From Candidatus Aenigmatarchaeota archaeon (GTDB lineage: Archaea > Aenigmatarchaeota > Aenigmatarchaeia > Aenigmatarchaeales > Aenigmatarchaeaceae), in contig JAFGAZ010000004.1 of assembly GCA_016933455.1 (NCBI GenBank), positions 9,116-73,115 on the forward strand: 64,000 bases of DNA, in the 5' to 3' direction. Below are positions 1 to 9,161 of the stretch, piece after piece. The notes beneath the pieces were generated by a model. It was not told where the DNA came from, searched no databases, and saw only the letters and a program-made list of their open reading frames with translations. Within the stretch, counting starts at the first letter, position 1; every line of letters starts with the position of its first letter. A program made the position numbers and the translations under genes.

Positions 1-464
1 TCGGCGTTCGCTATGTCACCTTTGAAGTAAAGCATGTTTTTCATCTTTTCTTTGAACGGCAATTTTTTCATCTGTTTGTAGTCTTCGTCGTCATTCGACA
101 TGTAATAATTCACAATTAAATCGAAAAGACTTTTCAAATAAACCCTGCTAACTTCCCTTTCTAGTTCCACGATGCCGAAAGAATTAAACCCCGCTTCCTT
201 TGCGCTTTTTACAGCAGACAGAAGATGTTTCTTACAGTCAGATACGTCCCCGCTGTTTAAGATGTCTTTGGCTTTTTTAATGGAATCCTTGTATTCCAGC
301 TTGTTTAGGCTTCTAACAAGAGGCTGGAAATAGTCAGGAAGGTTTTCGACTTCCAAGCTGGCGTTTATCAGGTTGAGTCTTGCCTGTTTCGGCCTTTCTA
401 GGGCAATGTTTTTCTTCATTTTGTGCCAACATGAGACCAGGTATTTTTCGGTATCAATACCCAT
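1..464 (-). CDS. Hypothetical helical protein, runs off window start
   Basis: ATG at 464 (MGIDTEKYLVSCWHKMKKNIALERPK...), frame read open toward base 1; TTAAAT box about 24 nt upstream; absent from the ORF track. Confidence 0.6.
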   Translation of the reverse strand, partial: MGIDTEKYLVSCWHKMKKNIALERPKQARLNLINASLEVENLPDYFQPLVRSLNKLEYKDSIKKAKDILNSGDVSDCKKHLLSAVKSAKEAGFNSFGIVELEREVSRVYLKSLFDLIVNYYMSNDDEDYKQMKKLPFKEKMKNMLYFKGDIANA

Positions 465-540
465 AAAGATATTTTCAAAGCCAGCAATTTAAGTGGGATA
501 TATTTTTAAGTCTTAAGTTGGAACTATTATTGGTACCAAT

Positions 541-1002
541 ATGTCCGAAATTGTAAGAGGCTTTCTAAAGCATAAGGGGGCTAAGAACAGAGAAAAAACT
601 AGAATCAAGAACAAGGTAGCTGATTCCTATGTCGCCCTTATCAAGACGATGCTGGACAAAATGGAATGGTACCATTCTTTCGAAATTAGAAATCCTGTTG
701 ATGATTCTGAAATAATAATAAGCAAAGAGTTGGCCAGAAAGCCGGGGCTTTTCGGGGAAAAGTGGTCCATGCCGGGCTATCTTTTTAACATGTGGAAAAG
801 TATTAGCAACGGCAGATACAATTCCAAAAAAATCGGCATTTCTCTTGACGACTTGGAGAAAAGCAAGCATTATGAAAAAGTCACCAAAGAGGACGTCTTG
901 GATACCTATCAAAAGATAGAACATCTCTTGGAGGAGAACAAGAAACAGACTAAAAATTATCGGTCCAAGACCATGTATGAGATTCTAAACCAAAAAGCCT
1001 AG
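541..1002 (+). CDS. Hypothetical protein (orphan)
   Basis: 153 aa ORF, TTTTAAG/CTTAAG boxes upstream, no recognisable motif. Confidence 0.65.
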   Translation: MSEIVRGFLKHKGAKNREKTRIKNKVADSYVALIKTMLDKMEWYHSFEIRNPVDDSEIIISKELARKPGLFGEKWSMPGYLFNMWKSISNGRYNSKKIGISLDDLEKSKHYEKVTKEDVLDTYQKIEHLLEENKKQTKNYRSKTMYEILNQKA

Positions 1003-1292
1003 GAGGATTTGTTTTTTGGCAGATAAGACGACAAATCTTTCAAAATCTTGTCGCGCTTAATTCTTATGTCGTTAAGAAAAGTGTTGTATTCGTTTTCTTC
1101 TAGTCCTTTTTCTTCCTTGTACTCGTCTAGAAACTTCTTGTTCAGATCGAATGAAGAGTTGATTTGATTGGAATATATTTCAATAAGATCAATTTTTTCT
1201 TCGTCTGTAAATTTTAAGCTTCCGAGTATCCTTACGGCGTTTCTGTATGTGACGCCCATTGAATCATTGCAGACTTCGACTATTTCTGACAT
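999..1292 (-). CDS. Hypothetical protein (orphan)
   Basis: 97 aa; CTTAAAT box at 1315-1321; stop shares CTAG with the convergent gene. Confidence 0.6.
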   Translation of the reverse strand: MSEIVEVCNDSMGVTYRNAVRILGSLKFTDEEKIDLIEIYSNQINSSFDLNKKFLDEYKEEKGLEENEYNTFLNDIRIKRDKILKDLSSYLPKNKSS

Positions 1293-1325
1293 GCAACTAA
1301 TTATACATAAAGAAATTTAAGCTTG

Positions 1326-1993
1326 TTATTTGGCCAGAAGCCTGTATATGGCATAAGCCCCAAAATCCGGGTGGCTGTCTTCTCTGACAAGCAGACCTTT
1401 TGCATTTTTTATCATGTCATTTGGAACATTCTTTCCCACTTTCTTTGTTATTTCTATAGTGTCTTTTACAGAAACGTTTCTTTTTTCTGACAATTCAAGA
1501 AATTTACTGGGCCTGTTTTCCTCTATTTCAGGGCAATTTTCTATTATGTACGAAGATTCCGGTTCGTTTCGCCTTTTGAAAACAATGCCCAAAGGAAGCT
1601 GCTTTGTAACTTCAGAATCTTCCAAATACCACGGCTCTGTCATCAGCATGTATTCATGATTTCCACACAAAGTGCAAGAAAGCAGGTGCATTTCAGCAAA
1701 GGCTTGATGCTTTTTCTGTCCTTTCTTCCGGGCTTGCACAATTTAGGTTCTGCTATCACCGCTACCTCTTTTGGCTGCTTTCCTTCATAACCAAAAATAT
1801 GGGTGGCTTTCTTTTTTTCAAACAAACTAGACTTTAGATTTTTCTCGTTTATGCATGCATTTGTTTCGTATACAACGTCAGGATTTGCAGGAAAAACCCA
1901 ATAACCTGATTTGGTTTTACCTGTAGCGAATCTACAGTTGCTCCAGCAACCATCCGTCTTGGGCTCTATTGTACCAGGAAATATTTCTTTCAT
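1326..1993 (-). pseudogene. Hypothetical Cys-containing protein split into two overlapping frames (possible frameshift)
   Basis: ORFs 1643-1993 and 1326-1739 overlap by 97 nt on the same strand; only the first has a promoter/SD (AGGAAGGTG). Confidence 0.4.
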
Positions 1994-2078
1994 AAAAAAG
2001 CACCTTCCTAATTAGAACGAAAAATAATTTAAACGAACTTTAAAAAAGCTTAAGAGTTGAAAACAACCTGATTATAGT

Positions 2079-2318
2079 ATGGCAAGTAAAAAGGCAACCA
2101 AGAAAAAGAGCAGCACCTACAACATAAAATGCACTGTAAAAGACAGCGTTAGCAATAACGGCAACGGTGGGGCTTTCTATTTTTTGGGATTCGTAGCAGC
2201 CCTGATATACTATGTGACAACCGCGCCGACCTTTTGGGACGCAGTTATTGGCTTCCTTAAGGCGATCGTATGGCCGGCGTTTCTCGTATTCGGGGCATTC
2301 CAGTTCCTAGCGCTTTAG
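2079..2318 (+). CDS. Small two-TM membrane protein
   Basis: GGAFYFLGFVAALIYY...FW..VIGFLKAIVWPAFLV; basic N-terminus. Confidence 0.75.
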   Translation: MASKKATKKKSSTYNIKCTVKDSVSNNGNGGAFYFLGFVAALIYYVTTAPTFWDAVIGFLKAIVWPAFLVFGAFQFLAL

Positions 2319-2325
2319 CTAGGCT

Positions 2326-2342
2326 ATTTTTTTTCTTTTTTA
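2326..2342 (+). terminator. Oligo-T archaeal terminator candidate
   Basis: Long T tract directly after the stop of 2079-2318. Confidence 0.45.
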
Positions 2343-2355
2343 GAATTTTCAAAAT

Positions 2356-2544
2356 CTAGCGAGGCATATAGTTGCTGCCATATCTTACCAAATGTCCTCT
2401 TTTTAGAAGAGTTTCTAAAACAGAACCCATGTTGCCAACTTCTCCAAAAGCTTCTTCAAGTTCATCTTTGCTATAAGGCTTTTTTTCAAGGTTTTTCAAT
2501 TCCTGGACGTATTTGCTAAAGCGCTTCTTGTCGTTTTTGTTCAT
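2356..2544 (-). CDS. Small hypothetical protein, winged-helix-like
   Basis: Start refined to MNKNDKK (TTAA box 23 nt upstream); ...VLETLLKRGHLVR..Y resembles a wHTH end. Confidence 0.45.
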   Translation of the reverse strand: MNKNDKKRFSKYVQELKNLEKKPYSKDELEEAFGEVGNMGSVLETLLKRGHLVRYGSNYMPR

Positions 2545-2573
2545 TATATCACTCGAAAAAATATTGTTAAAAA

Positions 2574-2873
2574 TTAACCGATGCAACTAAGAAGAGGCAC
2601 TTTTTGGTTTTCATTTATATTTTCTTTAGCTTCTGATACATAAACTCTTTTCCCGGGCCACTTTGTCTTGTGAAACATAATCCCGTACGTTTCTTTAGAG
2701 AAAGATAGTTCTTCGTCGCCTATTTTGATACCTTGCCCTCTGGCGAGATAGCCTTTTCCGTTGTTTGTTAGAACATTTTCTTGCTGAAGGGACTTTACTA
2801 ATGTCCAATAAATTGTAGATTTATCCCCTTTCTTTTGCATTTCTACCAAATCTTTCAAATCTTCAAAAATCAT
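2574..2873 (-). CDS. Hypothetical protein (orphan)
   Basis: Start refined to MIFEDLK, 24 nt from the TTTAAAT box. Confidence 0.5.
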   Translation of the reverse strand: MIFEDLKDLVEMQKKGDKSTIYWTLVKSLQQENVLTNNGKGYLARGQGIKIGDEELSFSKETYGIMFHKTKWPGKRVYVSEAKENINENQKVPLLSCIG

Positions 2874-2913
2874 ATCAAAAATGCGCACTAAAGAAATTTA
2901 AATGTTATTTTTG

Positions 2914-3045
2914 TCAATTCTGCAGACCCTTTGAGCCCATGACAGTAGTTCTTAGCATGTCCATGTATGCATCCGAATAGAAAACCTCTTCAGCAGAGCC
3001 TTCCCTTTGCTCCTTGCCAAACTTTTCCATGAATAATTTTCGCAT
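2914..3045 (-). CDS. Small 43-aa protein below the ORF-track cutoff
   Basis: MRKLFMEKFGKEQREGSAEEVFYSDAYMDMLRTTVMGSKGLQN*, preceded by a strong SD GGGGTGG. Confidence 0.5.
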   Translation of the reverse strand: MRKLFMEKFGKEQREGSAEEVFYSDAYMDMLRTTVMGSKGLQN

Positions 3046-3166
3046 TTTTACCACCCCTTTTAAACAGGATTAAGAAAAGACCGCAAAAAACGGCCTATGT
3101 TCGCCCTATACATAATATAGCGCTTGATACACTTAAAGATTTTGAGAAAATTTTGGAATTTCTATG

Positions 3167-3439
3167 TCACTTGCACCATTTCGATAGGTCCCCGCTGTCA
3201 AAAGACTCTGGAACATCCAAGGACTTGCCTATGAAGGTTATGTCCAAGACATCCTCCCCTGAGCACTGCACCAGAAGGTCCCTTAGAACGCAGTTGCCCT
3301 GCCTGTCGCATGACTTGATGGTTCTTGTGTAGGAATGATACTGAGGCTGGTCTCTTAAGGCAAAGGCAGCCACGCTGCAGATTGTCAGCAGTATGAGAAA
3401 AACACCAATTAGCCTCAGATTTTTGACCATGCCATTCAC
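3167..3439 (-). CDS. Small secreted or membrane-anchored Cys-containing protein
   Basis: N-terminal hydrophobic segment, C-x5-C...C motif. Confidence 0.65.
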   Translation of the reverse strand: MNGMVKNLRLIGVFLILLTICSVAAFALRDQPQYHSYTRTIKSCDRQGNCVLRDLLVQCSGEDVLDITFIGKSLDVPESFDSGDLSKWCK

Positions 3440-3495
3440 TCTATATCACTCTAAGGTAGTAAATCTTTAAATAGATTTCTGTGCACTATATGTTC

Positions 3496-4023
3496 ATGAT
3501 AACGCAGAATCAAAGGAACGTTTTTGTTCCTGACGGCAGGATCGTCCACATAGACACAATAAACAGGCTAAGGCAAGACGATGCCTGGAAGGGCGCGGTT
3601 CAGCACCTAGAGCAGGGCCTTTTGGGCCTTGGCATAAGGTACGAGGACAAGCGACCTGTTGTGATAAAGACTACGGACGAGAGCGCCAGAAGGGAGATTG
3701 TTGAATTAAGAAGGCAGCTAAGGGACATGAAGCGCATGCTTTGCTACAAAAGACCTGCTGCAGAAAACGCCATAAAATCTAGCGTCCTGGAGATGAACGA
3801 GAAGGTCGCCGAGCTAAGACAAGAGATGAAGAAGCTAAACAAGGTGCCTTTGCAAAAGGCTGTTGAAAGCAAGACAGAAGTCAAAAAAACCAAACCAAGG
3901 CATAGCAAGAAATCTTCAAAAAAGACAAGCATCCAAATTTCCAACGAGTTCAAGCAGCTACTCAAGGCAATGAAGGGTGAGATGACATACGAAGAGCTTC
4001 TCAAGGAAAGAATGTGCGCTTAG
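3496..4023 (+). CDS. Hypothetical coiled-coil protein
   Basis: Start refined to MITQNQ, 24 nt after TTTAAA; heptad-like K/E-rich segments. Confidence 0.65.
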   Translation: MITQNQRNVFVPDGRIVHIDTINRLRQDDAWKGAVQHLEQGLLGLGIRYEDKRPVVIKTTDESARREIVELRRQLRDMKRMLCYKRPAAENAIKSSVLEMNEKVAELRQEMKKLNKVPLQKAVESKTEVKKTKPRHSKKSSKKTSIQISNEFKQLLKAMKGEMTYEELLKERMCA

Positions 4024-4060
4024 TCTAACATTTATCTTTTAATTCTTTACTAAATTTCTT

Positions 4061-4363
4061 ATGGAAATAACCCTGACAACCATACTGTTTTTGGGCCTTT
4101 ACGGCATTGGCCTTCTGACCCTCTACAAGGTCATGAGGCTTGGCTGCAAGATAGACGATGTCAAAAAGTCAAACGGCACATACCAGCCTTCCGTGACATT
4201 GTGGAAGTTTCTCTTGCAGATACTTTTCGGGGGCTCGTCTCTGGTAATTTTGGACGTTGCCAGCAACTATGTGACGCAGCTGCAGAATCTAAACTCCCCG
4301 ATAACCGTGGTCATACTAATAGCAATTCTAAACGCAGTGTCCAACTATATCAAGAACAGATAG
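4061..4363 (+). CDS. Small three-TM membrane protein
   Basis: Three hydrophobic stretches. Confidence 0.65.
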   Translation: MEITLTTILFLGLYGIGLLTLYKVMRLGCKIDDVKKSNGTYQPSVTLWKFLLQILFGGSSLVILDVASNYVTQLQNLNSPITVVILIAILNAVSNYIKNR

Positions 4364-4367
4364 GAAA

Positions 4368-4964
4368 TTATTTTTTCATGGCTTCTTCCATAGCCTTTAG
4401 CTTGCAGCTAGGTATTAGCATTTTGCCTTCTTTCGCATACCTTTTAGCTTCCTTTATGTTGAACTCTGCAAACGTGTAATCGTCATGTTCGATGCCGTTT
4501 TTGGCAGCTGCTAGATGCGCCTTTATCTTTTCATTGTAGTTTGTCTTTTCCAATGGCGCTTCCTCTGAAAAGACGTGGTAAAATTCGGACATGCCTTCTA
4601 GGATTGCCCCTGCTGAAATTGAAGCCGTTGGAAGTAAAGCGTTAGCATCACCTGCGGCAAAGTTAAATGCGCCAGCAGCCAAAGCACACAGACCAACTCC
4701 GATGTCAACTGCTCCTAAAACCTTGTTTAGATTTTTCTCCTTTCCCTTTCTTGTTAGAAGACGCGCACCGTTGTATGCCGCAAGGGCCATGTTCGCATTA
4801 GAACCAGAAATTAGATAAGCAACAGTTGACGCGGCCTCTAGAGCGTGTCCTGCTATTTTGGATTTCTTTTCTGAAAACTTGGGAGCGCTTTCAAAAAACT
4901 CTTTGTAAGAATCGTTGCCGATTTCAGTAAAAATGCTTTTTACGCTTTCCAATTTCCTATACAT
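4368..4964 (-). CDS. Hypothetical Ala-rich protein with a hydrophobic hairpin (orphan)
   Basis: Start refined to MYRKLE, 24 nt from the CTTAAAT box. Confidence 0.55.
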   Translation of the reverse strand: MYRKLESVKSIFTEIGNDSYKEFFESAPKFSEKKSKIAGHALEAASTVAYLISGSNANMALAAYNGARLLTRKGKEKNLNKVLGAVDIGVGLCALAAGAFNFAAGDANALLPTASISAGAILEGMSEFYHVFSEEAPLEKTNYNEKIKAHLAAAKNGIEHDDYTFAEFNIKEAKRYAKEGKMLIPSCKLKAMEEAMKK

Positions 4965-4997
4965 TGCTTGATATTTCACATGAAAAGAATTTAAGCG

Positions 4998-5252
4998 CTA
5001 TCTCTGGGCAGCCTCGAGCCTTCTTGCTTCCCTCATTTCTTCCTCAAGAGTTGTCAGCTTTATCTTCCTTTTCGGGCTCTCGCTTATTGTCTGCCTCATA
5101 GATGTCAGATACCCGCCTGTTACAAGGCACGCTATGGCGAATGCTATCAGCAGGTCGTTTGGTATGCCCATGTAGGAGAACGCAAGAATTGCAACAGCGC
5201 ATACATACGCCATGCTGTACATGAGCTTCGAGTAAAGGTACCTGTGCTTCAT
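4998..5252 (-). CDS. Small two-TM membrane protein
   Basis: Two hydrophobic helices then a charged tail. Confidence 0.65.
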   Translation of the reverse strand: MKHRYLYSKLMYSMAYVCAVAILAFSYMGIPNDLLIAFAIACLVTGGYLTSMRQTISESPKRKIKLTTLEEEMREARRLEAAQR

Positions 5253-5333
5253 ACTAGAAATAATGAAAAACTAGAATAAAAGCATGCCTTTTTTGTGCAC
5301 CATTTAAGTTCCAGAAAAACAAAAATAACCCTT

Positions 5334-6008
5334 ATGATAAAGGCAGTTCTTTTCGATCTTGACAACACCTTGGTCGATTTCATGCGCATGAAGACCATTA
5401 GCTGCGAGGCCGCAATAGACGCCATGATAAAGGCCGGCCTTGACATGGAAAAGAAAAAGGCAATGGACACTTTGTTTTACCTCTATGACAAGAAGGGTCT
5501 CGAGTACCAGAAGATATTCCAGCTTTTCCTAAGGCATGTCACAGGAAAGGTGGACTATGGCATAATGGCATGCGGCATAGTGGCCTACAGGAGGGTAAAG
5601 GACGGCCTAATCTACCCGTACAAGAACGTTATTCCCACGCTAAACAAAATCAAGAAAAAACGCAAGATAATAATTCTTTCCAACGCCCCGAGAATTCAGG
5701 CATGGCTTAGGCTTGCCGCAATGGGCATGCACGACATGTTCGAGCATGTCATAACATTCGATGACACAAAGGTGAGAAAGCCGGGAAAGGAGCCTTTCCT
5801 ATACGCTCTAAAGAAGCTAAAGCTAAAGCCTGAGGAGTGTCTGATGGTTGGAGATTCTCTTGGCGGAGACATACTTCCTGCCAAGAAGATGGGCTTTAAG
5901 ACAGCGTATGCCAAATACGGCTTTGACCCCACCATGTGCGAGGTGTCAAAGGTGAAGGCCGACTATGTTCTAGAAGACATAAAGGACTTGCTCAAGATTT
6001 TAGAATAA
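5334..6008 (+). CDS. HAD-superfamily hydrolase, subfamily IA
   Basis: FDLDNTL motif I, SN motif II, KP motif III, GDS..GD motif IV. Confidence 0.92.
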   Translation: MIKAVLFDLDNTLVDFMRMKTISCEAAIDAMIKAGLDMEKKKAMDTLFYLYDKKGLEYQKIFQLFLRHVTGKVDYGIMACGIVAYRRVKDGLIYPYKNVIPTLNKIKKKRKIIILSNAPRIQAWLRLAAMGMHDMFEHVITFDDTKVRKPGKEPFLYALKKLKLKPEECLMVGDSLGGDILPAKKMGFKTAYAKYGFDPTMCEVSKVKADYVLEDIKDLLKILE

Positions 6009-6269
6009 TCATATATTCTTTATTGCCATTGTCATAAGACCAATTTTGGAAGGTATTCCTATCCTTTCAAACTTTTTCACAAAACCTTCGTAAATGTTTT
6101 TTGCAGGACAGTTTCCATTCCTTCCGTTATTGCTGCATGGACCAAAGTTCTGGCAATAATTTGAAGAGAAATGTATCTTGCTTTTCATATCATCATTCAT
6201 TATTTCTTCAATTGAAAAATTCTTCAAAGCCTCTACACAAAGATTTCTGTATTGACATCCGTTTGCCAT
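6009..6269 (-). CDS. Small Cys-rich hypothetical protein (orphan)
   Basis: CQYRNLC...YC...PC...NCP; TTTAAAT box upstream. Confidence 0.55.
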   Translation of the reverse strand: MANGCQYRNLCVEALKNFSIEEIMNDDMKSKIHFSSNYCQNFGPCSNNGRNGNCPAKNIYEGFVKKFERIGIPSKIGLMTMAIKNI

Positions 6270-6430
6270 AAAATAAAGTGCAAACTAACAAATTTAAATT
6301 GAAAAATGCTTTGGAAAAAATATGTTAAATTTAAATTGCTTTTTTGCAAGAATATTTATGGAAAACAAAACTATCAAAGTAGACTACATAGTGTAATGAT
6401 AATTTAAAATTCAAATTACCTTATTTCTTT

Positions 6431-7099
6431 ATGAAAATCAAGATAGTTTTTGTCGACATGGACGGCACGATTGTTGACTATCCCCACGGGGAATACGGCT
6501 CAAGCTGGGATGCTGTCATGTATGCTGCCAACAAACAAAAACAAAGCAAGAAATTTCTCGATTACTATCTTCCCAAACCGGAACTATACTGCGAGTGGCA
6601 CGAAAAGGCGTGCGCCTTGCTAAAGGATGTTCAAGTGGGTGTTGTGGAGGATGCTATTCTCCCGCCATCGTATTCTCCTGGCGCAAAAGAACTTTTCAGG
6701 GGGCTTAAGAGAAATGGAATTGTTCGCGGCATCTTGTCTTCGGGTACAAACCCCCCTGCCAAATACATAGAAAAGGACATAGATGCGGATTTTTGCTTTT
6801 GCAACGAGTTTTTGCAAAAGGACGGCGTCTTTACTGGAATCGGCCTTAACCGCGTTCCCATGTGGGACAAGAAGCTTACTTTGAAAGAAATATGTCAAAG
6901 GTATGGAATATGTCCGGACAGCAAAGGCATCTTCAAGGATGCTGCAATGATAGGCGATAGCGGAAACGACATTGATGTTTTCAAAGCAGTGGGCACAAGC
7001 ATAGCCTTCAAGCCCAAGGACAAGAAAGTAGCAGATGCTGCTGACTATGTTGTCGAGGATTTGTCACACGCATTAGAAATAATAAGAAACATCACATGA
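6431..7099 (+). CDS. HAD-IB hydrolase, phosphoserine phosphatase-like
   Basis: DMDGT, LSSG, K, GDSGND motifs. Confidence 0.85.
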   Translation: MKIKIVFVDMDGTIVDYPHGEYGSSWDAVMYAANKQKQSKKFLDYYLPKPELYCEWHEKACALLKDVQVGVVEDAILPPSYSPGAKELFRGLKRNGIVRGILSSGTNPPAKYIEKDIDADFCFCNEFLQKDGVFTGIGLNRVPMWDKKLTLKEICQRYGICPDSKGIFKDAAMIGDSGNDIDVFKAVGTSIAFKPKDKKVADAADYVVEDLSHALEIIRNIT

Positions 7100-7532
7100 T
7101 CTTGTCGGCAAGCTCTTCTGCCCATATGTTTGCTGCGCTCAAATCGAACTTGTCTGCAACTGTCTTGAAAAGAATCCTGAACCTGCCCCCGAAAACGCCC
7201 ACAGACATTATGCCGAGTTCCGGGTTTGTCTTCATAATCTTCCCGACATACTTTTCCATGACTTGCTTTTTCGGCTGGAGCGTTGAAAAGAAAAGAGCAA
7301 CCCTTTTTCCCTTCATGTCTTTTCTTAGAAACTTTAGAATGTTCTTGTACATCCTGCCCGCGCGAACACCCGTGCCCACGACTATCGTGCTGTACTCTGA
7401 AACCTCGGGCATCTTCTTGGCAACGTTGAACACGTCAGTGACTATGCCCCTGTTTCTTAGGGCCTTTGTTATTGCCAGGGCGTATTCCTTTGTGGTGTCG
7501 CCTTTTGATTCGAACGCTACAAGCACTTTCAT
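7092..7532 (-). CDS. Flavodoxin-domain protein (HemG-like)
   Basis: S-K-G-D-T-T phosphate loop, IVVGTGV..G, VALF, FGG. Confidence 0.85.
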   Translation of the reverse strand: MKVLVAFESKGDTTKEYALAITKALRNRGIVTDVFNVAKKMPEVSEYSTIVVGTGVRAGRMYKNILKFLRKDMKGKRVALFFSTLQPKKQVMEKYVGKIMKTNPELGIMSVGVFGGRFRILFKTVADKFDLSAANIWAEELADKIM

Positions 7533-7582
7533 AATAAAGATATGTCAACCGAATTTAAATAAAATCAACTCTTTCTATCATT

Positions 7583-8263
7583 ATGAGACTGGGTGTTTTG
7601 TTCTCAGGCGGCAAGGATTCGTGCTTTGCCTTAAGCAAGGCAAAGGATGATAACGAGGTAGCCTGCCTGATATCGCTGTATTCCTCAAACAGCGAGAGCT
7701 TCATGTTCCACGTTCCGAACATAGAAATGACAAATATGCAGGCAGAGTCTCTTGGCATTCCGCTTATTCGCAAAGAGACAGAGGGCGAGAAGGAATCGGA
7801 GCTAAAGGACCTCGAGGATGTGGTTTTAGATGCCAAGGAAAAATACAAAATAGAGGGCATAGTGACGGGCGCGGTGAGGAGCATATACCAGGCAACAAGG
7901 ATACAAAAAATTTGCAAAAAGCTCGGACTTTGGTGCTTTAACCCTATCTGGCTAAATGACGAGGTCCAGCTATTGAAAGACATGCTTGATGCAAAAATGG
8001 AGATTGTCATATCAGGGGTTTTCGCATACCCTCTGGGCAGGGAGTTGCTTGGCAAGAAGCTCGATTTGGAAACAATCGAAAAGCTAGAGATGATGCAGAA
8101 AAAGCACAGCATAAACCCTGCAGGCGAGGGCGGCGAGCTTGAGACAACGGTCCTTGACATGCCCCTTTTCAGGAAAAAAATAATCATAGAGAAATCGTCA
8201 ACAAATTACGACAACTATTCCGGGACATTTGCAATAAAGCAGGCAAGGCTGGTGGACAAATGA
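7583..8263 (+). CDS. dph6: Diphthine--ammonia ligase (PP-loop ATPase)
   Basis: SGGKDS PP-loop, SFMFH, GAVRSIYQ, GEGGELET. Confidence 0.92.
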   Translation: MRLGVLFSGGKDSCFALSKAKDDNEVACLISLYSSNSESFMFHVPNIEMTNMQAESLGIPLIRKETEGEKESELKDLEDVVLDAKEKYKIEGIVTGAVRSIYQATRIQKICKKLGLWCFNPIWLNDEVQLLKDMLDAKMEIVISGVFAYPLGRELLGKKLDLETIEKLEMMQKKHSINPAGEGGELETTVLDMPLFRKKIIIEKSSTNYDNYSGTFAIKQARLVDK

Positions 8264-8781
8264 TATTGATATTGAGCACATGTCAGCATAGGCTAAGCGA
8301 GCTGGAGTTTGTCGAGCCCATGAAGGCAATTCTTAGAAATAAAGGCATTGAATTCGATTCAAGGCAGTATTCCCAAAAGTTCAAGCCAGAAAAGTACGAC
8401 AGGATAATAATTTGCGGCACTGCTCTGCAGGATTTCGACTACATGGACGATGTCGAAGAATTCAAGTGGATAGAGGAATATTCAGGAAAGTTGCTGGGGA
8501 TATGCTCGGGCGCCCAGATAATAGCGTCGATTTTCGGAGAAGTTCTTGAGGAAAAGACGGTGATAGGTAAAGGAAAGGTCATTATTGAAAAAGAAAACGC
8601 TTTATCTTCAGGAGAATTTGACTCGTATTTTCTTTTGTCAAAAGTTCCCATAATAAAAAATCTGAAAAAACTTGACAGAGAAGGGTTTGTTTTCAAAAAA
8701 GAGGACAGGGAAATTTACGGTGTACTGTTTCATCCCGAGGTTCTAAACAAAGAGATAATAGAAAATTTCTGTAAAAATTAA
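8260..8781 (+). CDS. Class I glutamine amidotransferase domain protein
   Basis: GICSGAQ nucleophile and FHPE; ATGA overlap with dph6. Confidence 0.85.
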   Translation: MILILSTCQHRLSELEFVEPMKAILRNKGIEFDSRQYSQKFKPEKYDRIIICGTALQDFDYMDDVEEFKWIEEYSGKLLGICSGAQIIASIFGEVLEEKTVIGKGKVIIEKENALSSGEFDSYFLLSKVPIIKNLKKLDREGFVFKKEDREIYGVLFHPEVLNKEIIENFCKN

Positions 8782-8788
8782 ATCAAGA

Positions 8789-9124
8789 TCATCTAACTTC
8801 TACTATCTTGCCTTTATTGGTCCCTTTGCCCTTGATTATAGTGTCTGTCAATTTCAAAACGACTTTTGTTCCAACGTTTAGACTTCTGTATTCTTCCGTC
8901 TTTGTTACGTAAACATTGCTTTTTGCGGACGGGCAAAAAACTACGTATGTGTCAAAATCAATTTTGTTTATATGACCGTAAAAAAACTGTCCTGGTAACA
9001 GTTCAATTTTTTCTAGAAAATTAATATCGTCTCCCATTATTTTTGAAGTTCTGTAAATAGTTCTGGTGTTTCTTTTAAAGCTAGAGCTATTCACGCTCTT
9101 TGAAAATCTTCCTGCATTACTCAT
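8789..9124 (-). CDS. Hypothetical protein, possible S1/OB-like fold
   Basis: PGQFFYGHINKI...YVV...LNVGTKVVLKL pattern; TATA box 25 nt upstream. Confidence 0.45.
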   Translation of the reverse strand: MSNAGRFSKSVNSSSFKRNTRTIYRTSKIMGDDINFLEKIELLPGQFFYGHINKIDFDTYVVFCPSAKSNVYVTKTEEYRSLNVGTKVVLKLTDTIIKGKGTNKGKIVEVR

Positions 9125-9161
9125 TCCACATTCTTGTACACAAAGAAATTTAAATCTAATT

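Noticed and set aside
4061..4363. Phage holin or provirus
   Set aside because: Only a vague small-TM resemblance; no capsid, terminase or integrase genes nearby
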